DNA of 64,000 bases, from IMG/VR virus record IMGVR_UViG_3300023174_000036, positions 292,313-356,312 of that record. One strand, 5' to 3'. Both the position numbers and the translations under genes were made by a program. Under the pieces are notes generated by a model. The model saw only the letters and a list, made by a program, of their open reading frames with translations. It was not told the DNA's origin and made no database searches. The first letter of the stretch is position 1; each line of letters begins with the position of its first letter. This document shows, in pieces, positions 1 to 9,755 of the stretch.

Positions 1-1089
1 TTTGCGTGGCGCCTTGCCAAACAGTTTCTCAACTGCTTCTTGTACTTTAGGCATACGTGTTTGTCCGCCAACTAGGATAACTTCATCAATGTCAGCGGAA
101 GTCACTTTAGCGTCCTTCATAGCAATCTTACATGGCTCAATTGATCGCTCGATAAGTTGCTCAACCATTGATTCAAACTTAGCACGACTAATAGTTACAT
201 TCATGTGCTTAGGACCGCTTGCATCTGCGGTAATGTACGGCAAGTTAACACTGGTACTTGCTGTGCTAGACAACTCAATCTTGGCTTTCTCAGCTGATTC
301 TTTCAAGCGTTGCAGAGCCAACATGTCTTTCTTCAAATCAATGCCAGAATCTTTCTTAAACTCGTCAACCAAATGATCCATGATAACTTGGTCAAAGTCT
401 TCACCACCTAGGAATGTGTCGCCGTTTGTGCTTAGTACTTCGATTTGTTTATCGCCGTCGATATTCGCGATTTCAATGATCGAGATGTCGAAAGTACCAC
501 CACCAAGGTCGTAAACAGCAATTTTCCTATCTCTTTTATCAGCTTTATCAACGCCATAAGCAAGAGCTGCCGCAGTAGGCTCATTAATAATACGGAGTAC
601 TTCCAAACCGGCAATGCGGCCAGCATCTTTAGTTGCTTGTCTTTGGCTGTCGTTAAAGTACGCAGGAACTGTGATAACTGCTTGGGTAACTTCATGACCT
701 AAATAGTCCTCCGCGGTCTTTTTCATTTTACGCAACACTTCAGCTGACACTTGCTGTGGTGCAAGTTTCTCGCCGTTAGCTTCGATCCACGCATCACCGT
801 TGTCAGCTTTGATGATTGAATAAGGCATTAGATCAATATCTTTTTGCACAGCTGATTCGTCAAACTTGCGGCCAATGAGACGCTTGCTTGCGTAGATTGT
901 GTTTTTGGGGTTTGTGACTGATTGTCGTTTTGCTGTGGCACCTACTAGAATTTCTTTTTCTGTATATGCAACGATTGATGGTGTTGTTCTAGCACCTTCG
1001 CTGTTTGGGATTACTTTAGCAACTCCGCCTTCTAGGATTGCTACACAGCTATTTGTTGTACCTAAATCGATACCGATGATTTTGCTCAT
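1..1089 (-). CDS. dnaK: Hsp70 chaperone DnaK (3' end runs off the window; missing from the ORF track)
   Basis: Manual translation from ATG 1089: [17 protein letters not shown]...[18 protein letters not shown]...[15 protein letters not shown]...[17 protein letters not shown]...[11 protein letters not shown]; AGGAG SD upstream. Confidence 0.97.
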   Translation of the reverse strand, partial: MSKIIGIDLGTTNSCVAILEGGVAKVIPNSEGARTTPSIVAYTEKEILVGATAKRQSVTNPKNTIYASKRLIGRKFDESAVQKDIDLMPYSIIKADNGDAWIEANGEKLAPQQVSAEVLRKMKKTAEDYLGHEVTQAVITVPAYFNDSQRQATKDAGRIAGLEVLRIINEPTAAALAYGVDKADKRDRKIAVYDLGGGTFDISIIEIANIDGDKQIEVLSTNGDTFLGGEDFDQVIMDHLVDEFKKDSGIDLKKDMLALQRLKESAEKAKIELSSTASTSVNLPYITADASGPKHMNVTISRAKFESMVEQLIERSIEPCKIAMKDAKVTSADIDEVILVGGQTRMPKVQEAVEKLFGKAPRK

Positions 1090-1155
1090 AATTTTCTCCT
1101 TTAAATTAAGCAAGAATATGTAAAACCCTTACGGCGTTTTACAAATTTATTTATC

Positions 1156-1440
1156 TCAGATATTCTCTAAATTCTGAATATTTGACCATTTTTTTAGTTT
1201 TTCAATCTTAGCTTCTTGGGCACGTTCAATGTTAGTATAGCTAACAATATCCATGCTTTGTAAGATATCAATCATGGCCAGCATATCGCCCAATTCTTCT
1301 TCAAGATGTTCTCTGTTAGTTTTGGGCTTTCCTGGTTTGAAATTATCTAGTCCAAAGCGGCTGATTTTACTTACCGCTTGTATAACTTCAGCACATTCTT
1401 CTTGGAGAATATCCATTACTTCTTTAGTTTGACTGTCCAT
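1156..1440 (-). CDS. MazG-like NTP pyrophosphohydrolase
   Basis: EECAEV...EEELGDML motif. Confidence 0.8.
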   Translation of the reverse strand: MDSQTKEVMDILQEECAEVIQAVSKISRFGLDNFKPGKPKTNREHLEEELGDMLAMIDILQSMDIVSYTNIERAQEAKIEKLKKWSNIQNLENI

Positions 1441-1443
1441 ATA

Positions 1444-2028
1444 TTACCTTTGATTTGCAAATGGTGCGATATAATCGCCTGCACTGGTTGTGCTAGTGCG
1501 TAGTGTATTGTAGACATTTTGAATACCCACTGCTTGATTCCAAGCATCTTCCAATGCATGGTGGGCAGTAACTGGTGGGCGTTGTGGGTTGATACCTAAA
1601 TCAAATGCTGTACGCACATCACGCACTTCCCAAAATTTCCAAGGAATAGCACGATTAATTTTGCGGTAAACATGCTCGCAAATGATGATATCAAAGCAAC
1701 TGCCATTTGCCCAAACACGTTTAGCACCCCAACAGAATTTATACAAGCGAGCAAATGCTTCTTCTATATCAAGTCTGTCAGTAGGATCAAAAGCCGCATC
1801 CTGGGCTTCTTTGCTTTGGCTAGCCCACCAAGCAATAGTATCATCGTTAGTGGTTAGTCCAATTCGGTCACAGCTATCTGTGTCTACCTTACAATAAAAA
1901 CTATCCATTTTTGGCTCTTGTAATTCTCTGCCGAACGGATCAAATTTTACTGCGCCGATTGTAAGTATGGTTGCATCTGGAGTAGTGTTAAGCGTCTCCA
2001 AATCAATCATAACGTCTGTATTTGCCAT
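1444..2028 (-). CDS. DEDDh 3'-5' exonuclease (ExoVIII/RNase T-like)
   Basis: MIDLETL, WANGSCFD, RDVRT, HHALEDA. Confidence 0.85.
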   Translation of the reverse strand: MANTDVMIDLETLNTTPDATILTIGAVKFDPFGRELQEPKMDSFYCKVDTDSCDRIGLTTNDDTIAWWASQSKEAQDAAFDPTDRLDIEEAFARLYKFCWGAKRVWANGSCFDIIICEHVYRKINRAIPWKFWEVRDVRTAFDLGINPQRPPVTAHHALEDAWNQAVGIQNVYNTLRTSTTSAGDYIAPFANQR

Positions 2029-2081
2029 TTAAGTTCTTTCTTTATTAGGAACTTAAATTATAGCATAACACAGACGTTATG

Positions 2082-2312
2082 TCAATACATTTTTTTAGGT
2101 AATTGTTGACTTTCGAGTTTCTTGCGCCAACGAGCTTTGGCCGCACCTTTTTTACGTTTGCGTTCTGTCGTTGGTTTTTCATAAAACTCATGCTTTCTAA
2201 GGTCGTCTAGAATACCTGCTTCCTCAATCTTTTTCTTAAATCTTCTCAAAGATTGATTAATATTTTCGTTATCTCTAACAGTAATCCCTGTGCCTTTACT
2301 CTTCTTCAACAT
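2082..2312 (-). CDS. rpsU: 30S ribosomal protein bS21
   Basis: [46 protein letters not shown]; start reassigned to ATG 2312 after GAGG. Confidence 0.92.
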   Translation of the reverse strand: MLKKSKGTGITVRDNENINQSLRRFKKKIEEAGILDDLRKHEFYEKPTTERKRKKGAAKARWRKKLESQQLPKKMY

Positions 2313-2706
2313 CTGTGTCGTCCTCGTCTTGTTTGATTTTTTCAATAATCCAGTCTAAATTATAAATTCTATTTTTACTAATCAACTTATAAGGAATGGT
2401 ATCATCGTTAGTTATATAGTAAGAATTAGGATGAGCCAATAAAAATGTAATAAAGTGACTTGTGATTAAATCACAATTATCAACATCAATAATTATAACT
2501 TCAACTTGTTGTGCAATACTCAGTAACCAACCAATATCGTGATCGTCTTCGTCGTACACAAATACATTTACATCATCTAAAATCTGGCTTAAAATAATTT
2601 GAAACTGCTCTTTAACTTGAGTAGATGGTTTGATTAACAGATAGCTAAGGTTCATATTGAACAACTTATCCGGCGGTGTTATCAGGGTAATTTTTCCTAA
2701 GTTCAT
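2296..2706 (-). CDS. hypothetical protein
   Basis: 136-aa ORF overlapping neighbours in an operon-like arrangement. Confidence 0.7.
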   Translation of the reverse strand: MNLGKITLITPPDKLFNMNLSYLLIKPSTQVKEQFQIILSQILDDVNVFVYDEDDHDIGWLLSIAQQVEVIIIDVDNCDLITSHFITFLLAHPNSYYITNDDTIPYKLISKNRIYNLDWIIEKIKQDEDDTDVEEE

Positions 2707-3004
2707 ATATCCTTCTTGCGAAATATTCCAGTTTATCTTTTGGATAACTATTAAACCTTGGACCGTCTGTGTTAGTTTTCTCTAAGAAATCTGCCAATTC
2801 AGGTTCCGCGATATTATCTACTGCAACTTGTTCAAATGCACCTTGTGAATAATAAGTGTACAATTCGTCGATGGGTTTCATCTCGGGTCTTGCTATTATT
2901 CTATTCCAAATTGAGTTTGATTCTTGTTGTTCTTCGTTTTGTATGTAGCCTATTCTCGAGCCTTGATCTGTATCGTCCCTGTTTCGTCCTTGATCATGTA
3001 AGTC
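2666..3004 (-). CDS. probable -1 frameshift extension of the 2950-4200 protein (ORF track: 2666-2881)
   Basis: Frame is open from the A9G run at 3004-3013 to the stop at 2666. Confidence 0.6.
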   Translation of the reverse strand, partial: DLHDQGRNRDDTDQGSRIGYIQNEEQQESNSIWNRIIARPEMKPIDELYTYYSQGAFEQVAVDNIAEPELADFLEKTNTDGPRFNSYPKDKLEYFARRIYELRKNYPDNTAG

Positions 3005-4200
3005 TTTTTTTTTGACTCTTCTGATGCGGGCTCAATAACTTCTGTCAAATCAGGTTTGATTCTGTCACCTGTTACTTCTATGAAAGTATTGTCAGCAGTT
3101 ATTGTTTCAGGATGATAGCGTTTTGCCTCTTCTTGTTTTATAGCTTCATGTTCCAACTCGCGTTCAGCTTGTTCGATCATCTTGTTCCATTTTTCTAGCT
3201 CTGACTCTTCAGTGAATGGTACTGAAGGTTCCTCCGATGCTGTTATATCACCTCCTAGTGCAGTCAACGGTGTTTCGCTTGGAACTTCTGTGTGTGTGGG
3301 TTCTATGACAGTAGGTTCGATAACTATGCTATTTCCGCTCTCCGTAGTCAGGCTGTCATCCTCTGCTGATTCTTCTTTGGGAATATATTCTTGTGGTTGA
3401 GGTACAATGTCGTTAATACTTACAGGTACTGGTTCGACTTCTTCTTTCTTCCAACCAAAAGTCATCTGTGCGGCCAGCAACATGATAACTGCTAGCGGAT
3501 CAAACACAACAACAATAAGAACAATGATCCATGTTACTGCTTTTTCCAACATGTTTTCATCTGCGCCATGATCGCCGTAGATGAATTTAGCAATATATTT
3601 TATCGGACCAACTTCCGCTTCAACTTTTCGAACTTCGGCCGCAATTGGCGCACGTTCTTCGTTGAGTCCGGCGATTTTCTTTTGAGACTCTGCAATGTCT
3701 TGAGCGATGCGACTACGTTCTTTCTGCTGGGCTTTTCGAATGGCAACGGCTTTTTCTGCGCCCTTTTCATCCGAACTGCGACCCATAACTTGGTCCACCG
3801 ATTCATCAAGCTGTTTGAGCACTTTGCGATTAGCATCTATGTTTTCTTTTTCTGTTTTGATTTTTTCGTCGTATATGGCAATCTTACTTTGAACATCGCC
3901 GCTGACTAAATTTTGATCATTGTGTGCTTTACTTAGGAATCCAAAGATGCCCATCGATGTTATAATCATTAACACAATCACCGCAGTGATCATATAATAT
4001 TTTATAAAACGTGGAGCACGTTCCCAATTGGCTTTTAACCAAGAGGCACACACAAGTTTACCAACTTCCAAAGCTGAACCCATAATGATAATTGGAATTA
4101 CTGCCGCTGAAAATATTGCGGTAAGACCTACTACTGAGTAATAGATCGCTACCGCAGATATTGTTAAGCCAGTAAGAAGTAGTAACCAGGCTAAAATCAT
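2950..4200 (-). CDS. membrane protein with three N-terminal TM helices, a long coiled coil, a fourth TM helix and an acidic tail
   Basis: Hydrophobic segments and heptad-rich middle in the translation. Confidence 0.8.
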   Translation of the reverse strand: MILAWLLLLTGLTISAVAIYYSVVGLTAIFSAAVIPIIIMGSALEVGKLVCASWLKANWERAPRFIKYYMITAVIVLMIITSMGIFGFLSKAHNDQNLVSGDVQSKIAIYDEKIKTEKENIDANRKVLKQLDESVDQVMGRSSDEKGAEKAVAIRKAQQKERSRIAQDIAESQKKIAGLNEERAPIAAEVRKVEAEVGPIKYIAKFIYGDHGADENMLEKAVTWIIVLIVVVFDPLAVIMLLAAQMTFGWKKEEVEPVPVSINDIVPQPQEYIPKEESAEDDSLTTESGNSIVIEPTVIEPTHTEVPSETPLTALGGDITASEEPSVPFTEESELEKWNKMIEQAERELEHEAIKQEEAKRYHPETITADNTFIEVTGDRIKPDLTEVIEPASEESKKKTYMIKDETGTIQIKARE

Positions 4201-4209
4201 TCGATAATC

Positions 4210-4785
4210 TTAATCAAAAAGTGTTGCTTCGTCAATAATTGAAACTGCAACAGTTCCAAACTGTTGTGTGGCTGTTGCACCTGTTGTTGTTACTGTAAGA
4301 GACATTTGGGTGTCTTCTGCTGTGGCACCGTTGTATACACGAACGTTGGCAACAGTTACATCTCTAATGCCACGTGTAATTGCATCTCTAATGGCCAATG
4401 CAGTTGTAGTAATTGCGGTAGATCCATCGACTGCTGTTCCGCTAACAGTAATTAAAGCAGGTCTGTCATACGCAACTGTAAATGCCAAACTGGTTGCTTG
4501 AGCATCGCCGTTGGTTTCGGTAATGGTGATATCGCGAATTTGACAATCACCCAATCCTGTCAAACGATTAACTACGTTACGGAAACGCATGTTTCCTCTA
4601 GCACGGGCTTTGCCTTTGGCCAGTGTGGTTGGCAATGTGGCAAAACTGTCCGATGCGCTTGGAGTAACTCCACCGTTATCGTCGCTATCTGCGGTTGGGT
4701 AATATGTGCTATTACTCATTGTAATAGTGGCTCTATACATTTCAGCTTGTAGCTGATTTGCGTCGTTTTGAAATCCTGATGGCAT
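4210..4785 (-). CDS. probable virion structural protein
   Basis: Thr/Ala-rich, TAAATA late promoter plus AAGGAG SD. Confidence 0.55.
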   Translation of the reverse strand: MPSGFQNDANQLQAEMYRATITMSNSTYYPTADSDDNGGVTPSASDSFATLPTTLAKGKARARGNMRFRNVVNRLTGLGDCQIRDITITETNGDAQATSLAFTVAYDRPALITVSGTAVDGSTAITTTALAIRDAITRGIRDVTVANVRVYNGATAEDTQMSLTVTTTGATATQQFGTVAVSIIDEATLFD

Positions 4786-4817
4786 TTTATGTGCTCCTTA
4801 ATATCTAATATTTATCG

Positions 4818-5153
4818 TTACTTGAACACTATTAGTGCTAAAAGAGCGGCCTGAACAAAGAATCCAAACCCAATTGTAACAATGTTTAATACATCTTTTT
4901 GTATAGTGGCTTTGACAAAAAAGCAAAATAACCCACTCCATGCAAACAGTACCAAATCAACAGGAGGCATTTTCTCAGTTAATCCCGTTAATACTGCCAA
5001 TAAAGTTGGAAGTGTAGCAAGATGCATGAGAACCACAGCAATCCATCCCATGGTTTCTGCTGAAATGTTGGGTGCGTGTTCTTTGATGTTTTTAACTAAC
5101 AAATTTAAATCAAATGCATCGTGCGCAATTTTTTTAATGTGTTCAATATTCAT
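4818..5153 (-). CDS. small multi-TM membrane protein (holin-like or PQ-loop-like)
   Basis: Three hydrophobic helices; directly downstream of a cell-wall hydrolase. Confidence 0.5.
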   Translation of the reverse strand: MNIEHIKKIAHDAFDLNLLVKNIKEHAPNISAETMGWIAVVLMHLATLPTLLAVLTGLTEKMPPVDLVLFAWSGLFCFFVKATIQKDVLNIVTIGFGFFVQAALLALIVFK

Positions 5154-5161
5154 ACTAGTCC

Positions 5162-5692
5162 TTAATTATAAAAAATGTGACGGCCAATCTTGGCCACAGG
5201 TTGTTTGCCCCATTTTGGGTTAATATAATCGCCATGGAAATAAAGTGCATGTTTTATTGATGGCAATCTAAATCCTTCCAGCAATACTTTTTTGGCTACT
5301 TCCATACTTTCCGTGTACACCGGACCATTCATAGGCTTTTTAGCACTAGGGCCGTCACAATACCAACTGAATTGGCAAAGGACTTTTTCGTACACTACAT
5401 TCTTTTGATATACTACTTGGCAGATGTCCGACGGAAATTGTCCACTTTCTGCTCTATTGATTGTTACTTGAGCAACAGCTACTTTGCCTTCGAAAGACTC
5501 GTAACCTGCTTCATGGTATATGTTACGAGCAAGACAGTCTAGTTGTTTTTGTCTTAATTGTGCTGTAACTGGGCTCGCTTGTTCACGAGCTGATTTCAAG
5601 GTATCGAATTTATAATTAACTGCTCTATACCCTGCAAATACTACTAGCGATATTGCTAGTAAAAATACTACTGCTTTTATGATGCGTATCAT
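5162..5692 (-). CDS. SleB/Hydrolase_2 cell wall hydrolase with N-terminal anchor
   Basis: CLARNIYHEA..E...GKVAVAQVTINR, QFSW, ALYFH, KIGRHIFY. Confidence 0.9.
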   Translation of the reverse strand: MIRIIKAVVFLLAISLVVFAGYRAVNYKFDTLKSAREQASPVTAQLRQKQLDCLARNIYHEAGYESFEGKVAVAQVTINRAESGQFPSDICQVVYQKNVVYEKVLCQFSWYCDGPSAKKPMNGPVYTESMEVAKKVLLEGFRLPSIKHALYFHGDYINPKWGKQPVAKIGRHIFYN

Positions 5693-5860
5693 TTTATTTC
5701 TCCTTTACGCTGGATCACGGAATTGCTAGTCCCGCTGTTACAAATGGCTTCGATACATCTCCTTGTGCGTTAAAAGCCTACTGCTTAATTGCCCTAAAAC
5801 CTATTAGGGCAATATATAATTATCATCTGTGTACATGGTACAAAATACTAAGTTTATAGT

Positions 5861-6244
5861 TTAACGTCTCATACGACTAATGTCAACAGCTTGTTCATCG
5901 CTAAACACCGGTACTGCGTTGCTTTTATGCATGGTTGCAATGCCTTTAACCATTGTGCCTGTATAAACTTTGGATGGAGCAAGTGTAGCATTGCCACCTG
6001 TGTCTCTACTAGGAATATGTGACGTGCCACGACCTTCTGGAATAGACAAACTATAATGACCTTTTAAGGGTTCAGCTGTTAAGCCTCTCTTACGTTTTTT
6101 ATCCTCAGCTTCAATAGCCCAACGTTTTTGTAATTCTTTCCAAGACTCATCCAATTCTCTAGCCTTTCTGGCATGCTCTGCCGAAGCAAATTTCTTTTTA
6201 CCTTTTTTCTTGCCAGTGGTACTTAGCCACGGACCTTCTAAATG
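5861..6244 (-). CDS. conserved basic phage protein
   Basis: YTGTMVKGIATMHKSNAVPVF motif; sigma70 promoter upstream. Confidence 0.65.
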   Translation of the reverse strand, partial: HLEGPWLSTTGKKKGKKKFASAEHARKARELDESWKELQKRWAIEAEDKKRKRGLTAEPLKGHYSLSIPEGRGTSHIPSRDTGGNATLAPSKVYTGTMVKGIATMHKSNAVPVFSDEQAVDISRMRR

Positions 6245-6319
6245 CATACTCAAAATAATCTCCAAAAATAATAACGATACTAGTATTATACTAATAAAAT
6301 TCGACTAAGTCAAAGGTTG

Positions 6320-6646
6320 TTATACTCGAAATGATTCACCGCATCCACAACGATCTCGTTCGTTGGGATTGATGAAATCAAAACCTTCATTGAGTCCATT
6401 GCGAACCCAATCCATTGTCAAGCCATTTAGATAAGCTAGACTTTTGGCATCTATTAATACCACAAAGTCTTTTTGAGCAAAGTTGGTTACACCCACTTCG
6501 GCAGTGTACTCGTCCACGTATTCCATAGTGTAGGCCAATCCACTACAACCAGTGGTTCTTACACCTATACGAATACCAACACCCTTGCCGCGTTTGAGTA
6601 AATTTTGTTTTATTTTTTTAGACGCTGTGTCGGTTACGGTAATCAT
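6320..6646 (-). CDS. iscA: Fe-S cluster A-type carrier IscA
   Basis: GCSGLAY and CGCGESF motifs. Confidence 0.93.
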   Translation of the reverse strand: MITVTDTASKKIKQNLLKRGKGVGIRIGVRTTGCSGLAYTMEYVDEYTAEVGVTNFAQKDFVVLIDAKSLAYLNGLTMDWVRNGLNEGFDFINPNERDRCGCGESFRV

Positions 6647-7001
6647 TTACAGCCGCTTTGATAGCATCTTCTGCTAGAATAGAACAATGTATTTTAACTG
6701 GAGGCAATGCTAGTTCTTCTGCAATTTGACTGTTCTTGAGATTAATAGCATCATTGATGTGCATACCTTTGACCCACTCCGTAACCAAACTTGAACTGGC
6801 AATTGCTGAACCACAGCCGTATGTTTTGAATTTGGCATCAGTAATGATGCCATCTTCGTCTACTTTTATCTGTAGTTTCATTACATCGCCACATGCCGGA
6901 GCACCAACCATGCCAGTACCCACGGTGGGATCATCTTTTTCAAATGATCCCACATTGCGTGGATTTTCGTAGTGGTCGATTACTTTTTCTGAATATGCCA
7001 T
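6618..7001 (-). CDS. iscU: Fe-S cluster scaffold IscU
   Basis: MAYSEKVIDHYENPRNVG, GAPACGDVM, GCGSAIASSS, LPPVKIHCS. Confidence 0.96.
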   Translation of the reverse strand: MAYSEKVIDHYENPRNVGSFEKDDPTVGTGMVGAPACGDVMKLQIKVDEDGIITDAKFKTYGCGSAIASSSLVTEWVKGMHINDAINLKNSQIAEELALPPVKIHCSILAEDAIKAAVNDYRNRHSV

Positions 7002-7002
7002 A

Positions 7003-7314
7003 TTATTGTATACAGGTCCTAGTTCTAGTTATTGTGCCATCTGAGTGCTGGGTTTCCGTCCATACTGTACAGCTTGGTTGCGGAGTTACTGAATACACGG
7101 GTTGCGACTGTATGATAACTGGTTGTTGTACAACCACAGGAGGTTCATAGTAACGTGGACGATTTAACTCGTATCCAATTACTCCTCCAATAATCACAGG
7201 TGCAATCCAATTGTTATTATAGCCGCCGCGATAGTGTCCACCATGATGATGCCATTGTGCATTGGCCGTGCCTACCATTGCCAACATTGAGATTGCTAGT
7301 AATATCTGTTTCAT
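7003..7314 (-). CDS. secreted Gly/His/Pro-rich protein
   Basis: Signal peptide ending ANA; low-complexity body. Confidence 0.65.
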   Translation of the reverse strand: MKQILLAISMLAMVGTANAQWHHHGGHYRGGYNNNWIAPVIIGGVIGYELNRPRYYEPPVVVQQPVIIQSQPVYSVTPQPSCTVWTETQHSDGTITRTRTCIQ

Positions 7315-7362
7315 AATAGTCTCCAGGCTATACTAATATAACGCCTTAGGCGCTAGTTTCGT

Positions 7363-7482
7363 TTACTCTGCCTTCTTAAACATACCCATTACTTTTGCTT
7401 GAATATTTTTGGCAAAATTTGGCTGAGGAAAGTTCCAGCCGATAAAAGCACCCAGTGCTAACCAAAATAAAGTTTCTAACAT
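7363..7482 (-). CDS. 39-aa membrane peptide (not in ORF track)
   Basis: GGAGG SD; MLETLFWLALGAFIGWNFPQPNFAKNIQAKVMGMFKKAE. Confidence 0.7.
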   Translation of the reverse strand: MLETLFWLALGAFIGWNFPQPNFAKNIQAKVMGMFKKAE

Positions 7483-7520
7483 AATACACCTCCTAAAAAG
7501 AGCGTACTATATTTATCAAA

Positions 7521-7724
7521 TTATTTTGCAACTTTTGCTTCAGATCTTGCGTTCTTAACTGCGGTAACATCGTTACGAGTTTCTTTGCACAACTTGGCCA
7601 AATCTTGACAATGTTTACGTACACGGGTGCCGGCAGCGCCAACTTCCTTGTCATAAAACTTTTCGAAGTCTGCTTCCATTGCTTCTACGATCTTTGTAAA
7701 TTCTGCGTGTTTGTTTGTAGCCAT
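7521..7724 (-). CDS. histone H1-like Hc1 family protein
   Basis: DFEKFYDKEVGAAGTRVRKHCQDLAKLCKETR matches the Hc1 N-terminal domain pattern. Confidence 0.75.
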   Translation of the reverse strand: MATNKHAEFTKIVEAMEADFEKFYDKEVGAAGTRVRKHCQDLAKLCKETRNDVTAVKNARSEAKVAK

Positions 7725-7795
7725 TTTTAATAATCCTTTATATGAAGTACAGAGTACTTATACCTAGTGTACAAGGGTTAAAAATAAATGTCTAG

Positions 7796-8101
7796 TTAAT
7801 TGGCAATAACGTTTGGAGAACCGGCAGTAATGGCACCGGCATCGGTAGAATCGCCCACCCGAGCAACACCAATACCGCCAACAAACACATTACCCGAACC
7901 AGCATTGATAGCCGCGCCATGTGGTACACAATTCCTTCCACTTTTGATTGTGTGAGCGGCTGTGGGGTTACCAATGCATTCAACAGCAATACCATTTGCA
8001 AACACTTTGGCGCCAGCGCCAGTAGGACCAGTCACAGTTGTTGTACCGTCACAACCGTGACCTGTGGTAGTTGGATCTCCGTCTCTGGCTATTGCTGGCA
8101 T
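7796..8101 (-). CDS. PAAR-repeat baseplate spike tip protein
   Basis: MPAIARDGD..TGHGC, GSGNVFVGGIGVARVGD, GSPNV. Confidence 0.9.
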   Translation of the reverse strand: MPAIARDGDPTTTGHGCDGTTTVTGPTGAGAKVFANGIAVECIGNPTAAHTIKSGRNCVPHGAAINAGSGNVFVGGIGVARVGDSTDAGAITAGSPNVIAN

Positions 8102-8109
8102 AATACTAT

Positions 8110-8400
8110 TTATTTTAAAGCAATGCCGGTAGTATTTTGAATATACTGATCCGAAGCATCTTTAGCAGTTGGTGCTAGCACCATAATAGTTGAACGCGAA
8201 ATACTAACATTAGTATCCATTTCAACTGTAAACAAAAATGGCACAAGTGCAATACCTTTTTGACCTGCTGTTAACACCAATGGCTTATTCACTGTAACTG
8301 ACATTGGATTCTCGTCAACTAATTTAGCAACGATTTCTTCGCCTGCTGTTGTTTTGATTGTTACTACTTCGCCCGTTGCGATACCTTTATTGATTAGCAT
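8110..8400 (-). CDS. conserved phage protein (Sm-like fold suspected)
   Basis: TIKTTAGEEIVAK...YIQNTTGI. Confidence 0.55.
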   Translation of the reverse strand: MLINKGIATGEVVTIKTTAGEEIVAKLVDENPMSVTVNKPLVLTAGQKGIALVPFLFTVEMDTNVSISRSTIMVLAPTAKDASDQYIQNTTGIALK

Positions 8401-8402
8401 GT

Positions 8403-8645
8403 TTACCCTTTGAGTGTGTTAAAAAATTCTTCGTCTTTACCTGCAAGGCCTTGAAAGCCGCCAGGAAGGAGAACGCCATCCTTGAAAATTTGTGGAACAC
8501 TACGCAGTCCCTGATCCATCAAGAACTCACGTGCAGTTGGTTCATCTTCCATTTTAATAACTGTGAACGGAACATCTTTACTTTCTAATAATGCTTTGGC
8601 TCTGTCACAAAACGGACAGTTGTTTTTTGAATATACTGTGATCAT
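8403..8645 (-). CDS. glutaredoxin
   Basis: CPFC, RSVPQIF, GGF; adjacent to nrdB. Confidence 0.93.
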   Translation of the reverse strand: MITVYSKNNCPFCDRAKALLESKDVPFTVIKMEDEPTAREFLMDQGLRSVPQIFKDGVLLPGGFQGLAGKDEEFFNTLKG

Positions 8646-8654
8646 TGTTTTCTC

Positions 8655-9755
8655 TTATAATTCTGGTAATGCATCATACTCTAATGTCTCGCTCATTACA
8701 CCTAGTACGTAGTTAGTACTTTCGTTTTCTTGTAATGCAGTTTGTTTCTTGCTGGTATCACTGTGTTTGTTGAACCAAGGAATTGGTGTTGACTTTGGAG
8801 CACTTGATTGATATTTGATCCCAATTTGTTTAAGCGCATCAACTGCTGTGTAGTCCACAAAGTCACGAAGGATGTTTGCATTGAGTCCAATGACTGGCCC
8901 CATCTTGAACAGATAACTGGCCCAATCTTTTTCTTCACGAATCACATCCATGTACAGTGCGTAGACTTCTGCTTCACATTCTGTTTTGGCTTCAACAAAG
9001 CGTGGATCTTCTTTGACTACTTGATTGATCAAATACGCAGTCCAACCTTTGTGCAACAGTTCGTCTTGCAAGATCAAACTGATAATATTACCATTGCCAA
9101 TAAAGATTTTATTCTCAACCATGGCCAAACTAGTGGCAAACGATGTCATAAATCGAAACGCTTCCAAAGCATAGCTGGCATGCAATGCCATCCAAATGGC
9201 TCGAATATGTTCTTTCTCTGTGACTTCCATACCAAGTTCTTTACGACAATTAATTTGATGTAATGCATCGTAGTAATTACCCACACTACTAGCCATGTCA
9301 ATAATTTCTTTAGTGTCGTGGATTGTGTTGAACACATCCTTAGGCACGTTGTAAATGTTACGGATAATATGACTATAACTTTTGCTGTGAATATTGGTTT
9401 CAAAAAATCCCCAGTTGTACATCAATGCCTCAACTTCAGGCAAGCTACACACTGGTGTGAACACTTGTGTTGGCCCACGGCCTTGCAAACTATCCAACGC
9501 TGTTTGACGTAACAAGTTGCTGGTAAAAATATGTTTCACAGCATCACTTGCTTCTTTGAAGTCGTTTGAATCTTTGGTAAGACTTACTTCTTCCGGTTGC
9601 CAAAAGAAGCCACGTGCAGTAGCATCAAAGTCTGCAATCTTTTTGTATTTGACTTCTTCAAAGCGTTGGATAGTCACCGGACCTGCTGGATCCAGAAACA
9701 TCTTACGGCTTAGGTAGTCTGTTTTTGTTGTTAAGTTATATTGTGCGGTGCTCAT
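8655..9755 (-). CDS. nrdB: class Ia ribonucleotide reductase beta subunit
   Basis: FFWQPEEV, QTALDSLQGR, IHSKSY, LEAFRF, QDELLH, ALQENESTNY; start at the TAATG overlap, 9755. Confidence 0.95.
   Translation of the reverse strand: MSTAQYNLTTKTDYLSRKMFLDPAGPVTIQRFEEVKYKKIADFDATARGFFWQPEEVSLTKDSNDFKEASDAVKHIFTSNLLRQTALDSLQGRGPTQVFTPVCSLPEVEALMYNWGFFETNIHSKSYSHIIRNIYNVPKDVFNTIHDTKEIIDMASSVGNYYDALHQINCRKELGMEVTEKEHIRAIWMALHASYALEAFRFMTSFATSLAMVENKIFIGNGNIISLILQDELLHKGWTAYLINQVVKEDPRFVEAKTECEAEVYALYMDVIREEKDWASYLFKMGPVIGLNANILRDFVDYTAVDALKQIGIKYQSSAPKSTPIPWFNKHSDTSKKQTALQENESTNYVLGVMSETLEYDALPEL

Noticed and set aside
2-1123. ORF-track calls 2-376, 432-695, 445-702 and 899-1123
   Set aside because: Shadow frames of dnaK, which the track missed because it lacks a stop inside the window
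2950-2952. Stop-codon reassignment (TAG readthrough)
   Set aside because: Readthrough meets TAA 18 codons later, and long genes translate intact with code 11
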